From the NCBI GenBank assembly GCA_049968235.1, contig JBMFRC010000015.1, positions 10,815 through 74,814 on the forward strand: a DNA stretch of 64,000 bases, read 5' to 3'. Position 1 is the first letter of the stretch, and each line of letters begins with the position of its first letter. Origin of the DNA: Candidatus Hydrogenedens sp. GTDB taxonomy: Bacteria > Hydrogenedentota > Hydrogenedentia > Hydrogenedentales > Hydrogenedentaceae. A program made the position numbers and the translations under genes. Below are positions 57,296 to 64,000 of this stretch, one piece after another. Under the pieces are notes generated by a model. The model ran no database searches. It saw only the letters and a program-made list of their open reading frames with translations, and was not told the DNA's origin.

Positions 57296-58012
57296 ATGAA
57301 TAGGTCATATAATCGTTCCAATAATGAACTCCGTCCAATAACTATTGAGAGAAATTATACGAAATATGCTCATGGTTCTGTTCTTGTTTGTTTTGGTGAT
57401 ACTAAGGTTATTTGTACTGCTTTTTTAGAGAATAAAGTTCCCCCATGGTTACGAGACGCCGGTCAGGGATGGATAACCGCAGAATATGGAATGCTTCCCG
57501 GAGCAACATCGCAAAGAGGGGATAGGGAATCTATAAGGAAAGGAAGATCGCAAGAAATTAGTCGATTGATTGGGAGAAGTTTAAGAGCAGTCGTTGACCT
57601 CAAAGAAATGGGAGAATGTCAGATAACCGTTGATTGTGATGTAATTCAAGCAGATGGAGGGACAAGAACTGCTTCTATTACAGGAGGGTTTGTTGCAGTT
57701 TATGATGCATTTAAACAATCCGTAGATAATGGTTTCTTAAAAAGAATTCCTGTGATAGATATATGTTCAGCAGTAAGTGTAGGATTGGTGAATGATGAAT
57801 ACCTTTTAGATTTAGATTATAACGAAGATGCTCAGGCTATTGTAGATATGAACATTGTAATGAATTCAAAAAAAGAATTGATAGAAATACAGGGTTGTGG
57901 AGAACATGGCATTTTTACACGACAACAATTAAACGACCTTATAGACCTTGCAGAACAGGGAATACAACAGATTATTGAGATTCAAAAGAAGGTAATAGGG
58001 TGGAATGGATAA
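57296..58012 (+). CDS. rph: ribonuclease PH
   Basis: The track ORF opens at 57230. The internal ATG at 57296 aligns with the E. coli RNase PH N-terminus ('RSNNELRPITIERNYTKYAHGSVLV' vs '[25 protein letters not shown]'). Confidence 0.9.
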   Translation: MNRSYNRSNNELRPITIERNYTKYAHGSVLVCFGDTKVICTAFLENKVPPWLRDAGQGWITAEYGMLPGATSQRGDRESIRKGRSQEISRLIGRSLRAVVDLKEMGECQITVDCDVIQADGGTRTASITGGFVAVYDAFKQSVDNGFLKRIPVIDICSAVSVGLVNDEYLLDLDYNEDAQAIVDMNIVMNSKKELIEIQGCGEHGIFTRQQLNDLIDLAEQGIQQIIEIQKKVIGWNG

Positions 58013-58628
58013 AAAAAATATTCTTGTTCTTGCCACAGGAAATAGAAATAAATATAAAGAAATCGTGGAAATAATAGATTTACCCGGATGGGAAATAAAA
58101 TTTTTAAAAGATTTTCCCCATATATCTACTCCTGAAGAAACGGGAACTACTTACGAGGAAAATGCATTAATAAAAGCAAAATCCTGTGCTGAACTACTCA
58201 AATATCCTTCTCTATCAGATGATTCAGGATTGGAAGTAGATGTTCTGGAAGGAAGACCAGGGGTGTATTCTTCAAGTTATGGAGGTGTCGAAGGAGATTC
58301 CGAAAGAAATATACAAAGATTACTAAGTGAGATGGAAGGAGTTCCTTGGCATAAAAGGACTGCTCGATTTATTTGTTGTGCCATGCTTGTTCTGCCGAAT
58401 GGCTTTACACATTGTGAAAAAGGAACTATTGAGGGACATATCGCAATAGAACCTTATGGAGATAATGGGTTTGGATATGACCCTATTTTTGTCCCATTAG
58501 GTTATGAAAACACATTTGCAGAACTTCCTCCAGAAGAAAAAAATAAGATAAGTCATAGAGCATTAGCATTCCAGCAAATGGCAGATTTTTTAAGGGGTTT
58601 TAATTATGTTGATTGTTCAACCAGATGA
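58005..58628 (+). CDS. rdgB: non-canonical purine NTP pyrophosphatase (XTP/dITP diphosphatase, Ham1/RdgB)
   Basis: 207 aa. 'LATGNRNKYKE', 'SDDSGLEVD', 'FGYDPIF' motifs of the RdgB/Ham1 family. Confidence 0.85.
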   Translation: MDKKNILVLATGNRNKYKEIVEIIDLPGWEIKFLKDFPHISTPEETGTTYEENALIKAKSCAELLKYPSLSDDSGLEVDVLEGRPGVYSSSYGGVEGDSERNIQRLLSEMEGVPWHKRTARFICCAMLVLPNGFTHCEKGTIEGHIAIEPYGDNGFGYDPIFVPLGYENTFAELPPEEKNKISHRALAFQQMADFLRGFNYVDCSTR

Positions 58629-59208
58629 TAGCGGTATTCAAAAGGCTGTTATTGCATTAAACAATGACGAGATTGTTGCTTACCCTACAGAAACAGTTTA
58701 TGGACTTGCAGTAAACCCCTTTTCTGAAGAAGCCATTGAAAAACTGTTTCGATTGAAAGGCAGAGAGGAAAACAAACCTATTTTGTTAATAATAGGTGAA
58801 CTAAAACAATTAGATGAAATTACTACTTCAATTTCAGAAAATGCAAGAATATGTTTGAAAAAATTTTGGCCCGGACCTCTTTCTTTAGTATTGCCATCTG
58901 TACCTAATATTCCTCCAAAGATTACCGCAGGAAAAGGGAAAATTTGTGTTCGCTGGACATCACATCCTGTTGCTCAAAAATTAGCGATAGCATTTGGACA
59001 TGCGATAACATCTACTTCTGCAAATCGTTCCGGAGAACCTCCAGCACGAAATGTTTTAGAATTACCCTTAGAGGATATTTCAATTGCAATAGAGGAAACA
59101 GCAACAAATTTATCAGAAGTATCTACTGTATTTGACCCTGATACAGGAGAGATATTTAGAGAAGGAGCTATTAAAAAGAGTGAATTACAACAAATATTAA
59201 GATTTTAA
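58606..59208 (+). CDS. tsaC: L-threonylcarbamoyladenylate synthase (YrdC/TsaC-type)
   Basis: 200 aa. 'VAYPTETVYGLA', 'KGREENKP', 'TSTSANRSGEP' YrdC/Sua5 motifs. Confidence 0.8.
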   Translation: MLIVQPDDSGIQKAVIALNNDEIVAYPTETVYGLAVNPFSEEAIEKLFRLKGREENKPILLIIGELKQLDEITTSISENARICLKKFWPGPLSLVLPSVPNIPPKITAGKGKICVRWTSHPVAQKLAIAFGHAITSTSANRSGEPPARNVLELPLEDISIAIEETATNLSEVSTVFDPDTGEIFREGAIKKSELQQILRF

Positions 59209-59222
59209 TTAGGAATACAGAA

Positions 59223-59687
59223 ATGAAAATTGGAATTGGTTGTGATCATGCAGGTTATGAAGGTCCTCATCCACTCTACAAGCCATCAATAATGGATTAC
59301 CTTAAAAATAAAGGATTTGAAATTATTGATTATGGAGCATTTGGACCTGAATCAGTGGATTACCCGGATTATGCAAAGGCACTTTGTGAAGGTCTGTTAA
59401 AAGGTGAAATAGAAAAAGGTATTCTTATATGTGGGACGGGTTTAGGTGTCTCCATGAGTGCCAACCGGTTCCGGGGGATTCGGGCAACAGTATGCACCAC
59501 CCCATTAATGGCACAGTTAGCACGAACACATAATAATTCGAATGTCCTTTGTTTAGGGCGTCGAATACTAACATTAGAGCAATGTTACGAAATAATTGAT
59601 ATATGGCTTAATACTCCTTTCTCAGGAGAAGAACGACATCAAAGAAGAATTGAAAAAATGGATAAATTAGGGGACTTAAAATGTTAA
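59223..59687 (+). CDS. rpiB: ribose-5-phosphate isomerase B (RpiB/LacAB family)
   Basis: 154 aa. '[13 protein letters not shown]' start and '[14 protein letters not shown]' active-site region. Confidence 0.85.
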   Translation: MKIGIGCDHAGYEGPHPLYKPSIMDYLKNKGFEIIDYGAFGPESVDYPDYAKALCEGLLKGEIEKGILICGTGLGVSMSANRFRGIRATVCTTPLMAQLARTHNNSNVLCLGRRILTLEQCYEIIDIWLNTPFSGEERHQRRIEKMDKLGDLKC

Positions 59688-61075
59688 GAGAAGAAGAACT
59701 TATCCCAAAAAAGATAGTTGAAGAACTGGACAAATATATAATTGGTCAGGATGAAGCAAAAAAGAAAGTAGCAATAGCACTGCGGAATCGTTGGCGAAGG
59801 CAAAGAATAACATCAGAATTAAAAGAGGACATAATTCCTAAAAATATCATCATGATAGGTCCAACAGGTGTTGGCAAAACGGAAATAGCCCGCCGTTTAG
59901 CAAAACTTGTGAATGCCCCCTTTATTAAAGTAGAAGCATCCCGCTTTACAGAAGTAGGATATGTAGGTAGAGATTGCGAATCTATGGTGCGGGAATTAGT
60001 AGATGTAGCAGTAAATATGGTAAAAGAAGAAATGAAAGAACGAAAAAAAGAAGAAGCACAAAAAATTGTAGAAGAAAAAATACTCGAACTCCTTTTACCA
60101 AAACAACCCAAAGCAGAAGAGGAATATAAACCCTTTGACCTTTCACAAGGAGATGAAAAAACTGCACCTGTCAATAAAGATGACGCTTTCCAAAAAGCAA
60201 AAGAGATATTAAGAGAACGATTGAAACGAGGATTACTTGAAGATAAAGAGGTTGAAATAGATATAAAAGACTCGAAAGGTATGCCCTTAATGCAGGTATT
60301 TTCAGGGTCAAGTTTGGAAGAAATGGAAATAACTTTACAAGATATGTTAGGCAAAATAATGCCTCAATCTTCTAAAAAAAGAAAGGTTAAAGTAAGGGAA
60401 GCAAGGAAAATTTTAGAATCTGAAGTTTTGCAGGATTTGATTGATTTGGAACAAGTTACCCATGAAGCCATTAACCGTGTTCAGAATACGGGAATTATTT
60501 TTCTTGATGAAATAGATAAAATTGCTTCAAAAGGTTCTTCTACTCATGGACCGGATGTATCACGGGAAGGAGTTCAAAGAGATATATTGCCTATTGTTGA
60601 AGGTAGTACCGTATTGACCAAATATGGCACAGTTCGAACAGACCATATTTTATTTATTGCTGCGGGTGCTTTTCACATGGCAAAAGTTTCAGATTTAATT
60701 CCAGAACTTCAGGGTAGATTTCCCATTCGAGTAGAATTGAAAAGTTTAACTAAAGATGATTTCAGACGAATATTAACAGAACCTAAAAATTCTTTAATTC
60801 GACAATATACAGAACTGGTAAAAACAGAGCAAATCGAAATCCAATTTTTAGATGATGCTATTGAGTGTATGGCAGAGTATTGTGAAAAAATCAATCAAGA
60901 AACGGAAGACATTGGAGCCCGAAGATTACATACTATTATGGAAGTAGTACTTGAAGATATTATGTTTGATGTCCAAAAATATGAAAGCAAAACAATCGCT
61001 ATTGATAAAAATTGGGTAGATGAAAAATTGAAATTAGTGGTTGAAAGCAGAGACTTATCAAAATATATTCTGTAA
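59681..61075 (+). CDS. hslU: ATP-dependent protease ATPase subunit HslU
   Basis: 464 aa. N-terminus aligns with E. coli HslU ('[32 protein letters not shown]'). Walker A 'GPTGVGKTE', Walker B '[10 protein letters not shown]', intermediate I-domain. Confidence 0.9.
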   Translation: MLREEELIPKKIVEELDKYIIGQDEAKKKVAIALRNRWRRQRITSELKEDIIPKNIIMIGPTGVGKTEIARRLAKLVNAPFIKVEASRFTEVGYVGRDCESMVRELVDVAVNMVKEEMKERKKEEAQKIVEEKILELLLPKQPKAEEEYKPFDLSQGDEKTAPVNKDDAFQKAKEILRERLKRGLLEDKEVEIDIKDSKGMPLMQVFSGSSLEEMEITLQDMLGKIMPQSSKKRKVKVREARKILESEVLQDLIDLEQVTHEAINRVQNTGIIFLDEIDKIASKGSSTHGPDVSREGVQRDILPIVEGSTVLTKYGTVRTDHILFIAAGAFHMAKVSDLIPELQGRFPIRVELKSLTKDDFRRILTEPKNSLIRQYTELVKTEQIEIQFLDDAIECMAEYCEKINQETEDIGARRLHTIMEVVLEDIMFDVQKYESKTIAIDKNWVDEKLKLVVESRDLSKYIL

Positions 61076-61099
61076 AAAATAGTCAATAATGAATCGGTA

Positions 61100-61783
61100 A
61101 TGGTACATCTACAACAATTAGAAAAAATAGGTTTATCCTTCGCAGGAATTCTGAGAAAGGAAGATATTGCGATATCTCTTCCAGAAGTTTATAGTTCAAA
61201 ACAATTACTATCTATCTTAAATCAGAATACTATCTATCCACAAATACTATGCAGAGTGAAACAGGAACACTCAAATAATATTTATGTTTTTAAGAATCAA
61301 CAAGAAACAAATTCCATACCAGCCGATGGAATTATAACTTGTATTCCCAAAGTGGCTGTATGTATATCTGTAGCAGATTGTGTTCCTATATTTCTTTTTG
61401 ATAAAAATAAGCAAATATTAGGGATGATACACGCCGGGAGAGAGGGAACAAGAAAAAGAATTGTTCAAAAAGCGTTGGAAAAATTTGTAAGGGAATTTAA
61501 TACAAATCTAAGGGATGTAGCGGCATTGATAGGTCCATCCATAGGACCATGTTGTTACAAACTACCGGGTGAGTTGTTATCTCAGTGTTCAAAAGAAGGT
61601 TTAATAACAACCGATAGAAACACACTTGATTTATGGAAATCAAATGAAAAACAATTAACGGAAAGTGGGGTAGAAACACAAAACTTATTTATTTTATCTG
61701 AATGTACATATTGTAATGATAACTATTTTTCCTATAGAAGGGGAGATAAAAAATTAAGGAATTATGCCATAGGTATGATTTAA
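61100..61783 (+). CDS. pgeF: YfiH/PgeF-family purine-nucleoside phosphorylase / peptidoglycan editing factor (DUF152)
   Basis: 227 aa. 'VADCVPIFLFD' Cys and 'MIHAGREGT' His motifs of the DUF152 family. Confidence 0.7.
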   Translation: MVHLQQLEKIGLSFAGILRKEDIAISLPEVYSSKQLLSILNQNTIYPQILCRVKQEHSNNIYVFKNQQETNSIPADGIITCIPKVAVCISVADCVPIFLFDKNKQILGMIHAGREGTRKRIVQKALEKFVREFNTNLRDVAALIGPSIGPCCYKLPGELLSQCSKEGLITTDRNTLDLWKSNEKQLTESGVETQNLFILSECTYCNDNYFSYRRGDKKLRNYAIGMI

Positions 61784-61840
61784 AATTATTGAAAGAATAA
61801 ATCGTTTTGTGATAAACTTATATGTCATTGAAGAAATAAC

Positions 61841-61871
61841 AGAGTGGGTGAAAAACCCACTCTTTCTTATT
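61841..61871 (+). terminator. rho-independent terminator after pgeF
   Basis: 9-bp GC-containing stem AGAGTGGGT / ACCCACTCT with a 5-nt loop, followed by TTCTTATT. Confidence 0.65.
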
Positions 61872-61902
61872 ATAAACACAAAAATATAAACAGGAGTATA
61901 AA

Positions 61903-62361
61903 ATGTCCACAAGAGAAAGGCTACATAATTTGTGGATGTTACTGGAACCTTATGTTACAGAACAGGGTTTTGAACTCATAGAATTAGAGTTCGGCACCTT
62001 TGGGCGTTCTCCTGTATTACGGGTATTTATAGAAAGTTCTGAACACCCTATAACATTAGATGATTGCACAGCAGTTTCACGAGTTTTAAGTAATGTTTTG
62101 GATACTATTGAGATGGAAGAAGATTCATATATACTGGAGGTATCATCCCCCGGTTTCGACCGTCCGATAAGACGAGAAAAAGATTTTATTCGCTTCTCAG
62201 GAGAATCTGTTCGGATTCAAACGGATATGCCTGTGAATGGTCGAAAGAACTTTAAAGGAATATTGCAAGGTATTGAAAACGAAATGGTTTTGGTTAATGT
62301 GAATGGTGAAATATTCCGGATACATATAGAAAACCTTAAACATGCAAATTTAATTCGTTAA
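61903..62361 (+). CDS. rimP: ribosome maturation factor RimP
   Basis: 152 aa. 'LLEPYVTEQGFELIELEF' N-terminal region typical of RimP. Immediately upstream of nusA. Confidence 0.8.
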   Translation: MSTRERLHNLWMLLEPYVTEQGFELIELEFGTFGRSPVLRVFIESSEHPITLDDCTAVSRVLSNVLDTIEMEEDSYILEVSSPGFDRPIRREKDFIRFSGESVRIQTDMPVNGRKNFKGILQGIENEMVLVNVNGEIFRIHIENLKHANLIR

Positions 62362-62390
62362 AAGGTAATAAAGAAAAAGGAGCAAAACAG

Positions 62391-63458
62391 TTGAATCAGG
62401 AACTTAAAATAATACTTGACCAACTGGAGTTGGAAAAGAATATAGACCGAAACGCACTCCTTGAAGCGATCCGAAGTGCGATAGAGGCTGCTGCTAAAAA
62501 AGAAATCGGGCAGAAGTCCAAAGTAGTTGTTGAACTTGTTCCGGATACTATGGAATTTAAAGTTTTTGAAATCCGAACTGTAGTAGAAAAAGTTGAAGAG
62601 CCTTCTACACAAATTTCATTAGAAGAAGCACTTAAACTTAATCCGGATGTTTCTATCGGAAATCATCTCAAAGTCCCAGCGGAGTTATCCGGTTTTCGTA
62701 GAATTGCAGCACAATCTGCAAAGAATGTAATAATTCAGAAGATAAAAGATGCGGAGAAAGAGCATGTATTTGCAGAATTTAAACAAAGGGAAGGCGACCT
62801 TGTTACAGGGTCTGTAAAAAAAATAAATAAAGGAGATATTATCGTATCCTTAGGAAAGGCAGAAGCAATTCTTCCCGCAAAAGAACAAACACCCGGAGAG
62901 ATTTATCGTCCCAATGATAGAATTAAAGCTTATATATTAAAAGTAGAGAAAAAAGATAAAAATCAAAAGGGACCTGTTATAGTATTATCAAGAGCAACAC
63001 CCAATTTAGTCCGTAGTTTGTTTGAGAGTGAAGTGCCAGAGATATATGAAGGGATAGTCGAAATTAAAGCAGTAGCGAGAGACCCGGGGAGAAGAAGTAA
63101 AATCGCTGTAATATCTCATGACCCTACAGTAGACCCCATCGGAGCATGTGTTGGGCTTAAAGGTGCAAGAGTTAGAGCAGTTGTAGAAGAACTCGGCGGG
63201 GAAAAAATTGATATTATAGAATGGAGTGACAATCCAGCAGAACTATGTGCCCGAGCACTTAGTCCTGCAGATATTGTAGAGGTGTCTATAGATAAACAGA
63301 AGAAAGTAATAACAGTTGTAGTACCCCATGACCAATTGTCATTAGCAATTGGGAAACAAGGACAGAACGCAAGACTAACATCCCGTATTGTTGGTTGGAA
63401 CATAGATATAAAAGCGGAACAAGTTTCGAACCAGAATGATACAGAAGAAAAAGAATGA
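62391..63458 (+). CDS. nusA: transcription termination/antitermination factor NusA (short form lacking AR1/AR2)
   Basis: 355 aa. TTG start with AAAAAGGAG RBS. N-terminus aligns with E. coli NusA. S1 and KH1/KH2 regions are present ('GDLVTGSV', 'DPGRRSKIAV', 'IGACVGLKGARV', 'LAIGKQGQNARLTS'). Confidence 0.9.
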   Translation: MNQELKIILDQLELEKNIDRNALLEAIRSAIEAAAKKEIGQKSKVVVELVPDTMEFKVFEIRTVVEKVEEPSTQISLEEALKLNPDVSIGNHLKVPAELSGFRRIAAQSAKNVIIQKIKDAEKEHVFAEFKQREGDLVTGSVKKINKGDIIVSLGKAEAILPAKEQTPGEIYRPNDRIKAYILKVEKKDKNQKGPVIVLSRATPNLVRSLFESEVPEIYEGIVEIKAVARDPGRRSKIAVISHDPTVDPIGACVGLKGARVRAVVEELGGEKIDIIEWSDNPAELCARALSPADIVEVSIDKQKKVITVVVPHDQLSLAIGKQGQNARLTSRIVGWNIDIKAEQVSNQNDTEEKE

Positions 63459-63497
63459 TAGTATAAAAGGAACTATGTTCCGGGAGGTTTATTATTA

Positions 63498-64000
63498 ATG
63501 CCAACATTAAAAGATTTTTACGTAAAATTAAACATGAGTATTGAAGAAGCACGGCAAATACTCAAGGATTTATTTGGATTTGAATCTTTAGATGAAGATT
63601 TATCAGATGAAATGATTGAAACATTACAGGGTATTGATGAAAACGAAATAAGTTTTGAGGAATTAAAAAGGAAGAAAGAAGAGGAAGAAGAAAAAAAGAA
63701 GAGAAAAAAAACGAAAACTGCAAGGACAGCAAAAAAGGATGAGAAAAAAGAAGAATCGGAAGAAACGGAAATAAAAGTTGGAAAAAAAACACAGTTGAAA
63801 GCGAAGAAAGTTAAAGAAGAAGCAAAAACTATAGAATCGGAAGAAGAAATCGTAACAGAAGAGGCAAATAAAGAAATAAAGAAAAAAAGGACGGGTAAGA
63901 AAAAATCGGAAGAAAGTGAACAAAAGAAAATTAAAACAGAAGAAAAACAAAAAACAAAATCATCCAGAAAAAAAACTACTTCCAAAACGGAAGAAGAGGG
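63498..64000 (+). CDS. infB: translation initiation factor IF-2, N-terminal part (truncated by window end)
   Basis: ATG at 63498 with GGAGG RBS. It opens with an IF2_N-like helix 'MPTLKDFYVKLNMSIEEARQILKDL', followed by a long Lys/Glu-rich low-complexity linker. It is in the conserved rimP-nusA-infB order. The open frame runs to the window end. Confidence 0.7.
   Translation, partial: MPTLKDFYVKLNMSIEEARQILKDLFGFESLDEDLSDEMIETLQGIDENEISFEELKRKKEEEEEKKKRKKTKTARTAKKDEKKEESEETEIKVGKKTQLKAKKVKEEAKTIESEEEIVTEEANKEIKKKRTGKKKSEESEQKKIKTEEKQKTKSSRKKTTSKTEEE

Noticed and set aside
59746-60354. 202-aa minus-strand Ser-rich ORF
   Set aside because: Antisense to the HslU I-domain (Lys/Glu-rich). hslU is unambiguous.
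63518-63985. 155-, 95- and 76-aa minus-strand poly-Phe/Ser ORFs
   Set aside because: They are the reverse complement of the purine-rich KE-repeat linker of infB. The composition artefact leaves no stop codons.

Overview
This is an AT-rich bacterial chromosomal window (roughly one-third G+C by eye) that is almost fully coding. I found no rRNA, tRNA, CRISPR array, transposase or integrase.

Layout:
- Left housekeeping block (1-10.5 kb): ilvE, a CBS-domain protein, a propionate/acetate CoA-transferase with an alpha/beta hydrolase, a partial his operon (hisD-hisC) fused behind murA, and tpiA-secG.
- Accessory block (10.6-49.5 kb), in order:
  - an MdtABC-like efflux operon (membrane-fusion protein plus two tandem RND permeases, one carrying large insertions);
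  - divergent from it, a ~1,590-aa surface lipoprotein with seven PKD domains, a PhoPQ-related alpha/beta-hydrolase domain and a C45 Ntn-hydrolase domain;
  - a G1P-dehydrogenase-like protein and a GH78-like rhamnosidase;
  - an orphan type II-secretion-like minor-pseudopilin operon (GspI/J/K-like, with a 776-aa GspK-like giant and a secreted HEAT-repeat protein);
  - galK and a MalK/MsmX-type ABC ATPase;
  - a stand-alone GHKL ATPase followed by three tightly coupled exported hypothetical proteins;
  - a PaaK-ACT-PaaK aryl-CoA ligase module;
  - a clan GH-D alpha-galactosidase-like protein, a DUF47-PiT phosphate transporter pair and an oversized GH116-like glycosidase;
  - small redox proteins (DUF1858, Rieske).
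- Right housekeeping block (50-64 kb): nth, polX, lon, ctpA-like S41 protease, rph, rdgB, tsaC, rpiB, hslU (no hslV in the window), pgeF, and rimP-nusA-infB, with infB cut by the window end.

Candidates for something undescribed. I cannot say from sequence alone which of these, if any, is the undescribed system the task expects:
1. the PKD/PhoPQ-related/C45 lipoprotein chimera;
2. the orphan pseudopilin operon with the giant GspK-like protein and its HEAT-repeat partner;
3. the GHKL-ATPase-led four-gene module;
4. the RND permease with extra transmembrane segments inserted in its central loop.

All family assignments come from motifs I recognised by eye in the supplied translations. No database search was possible.
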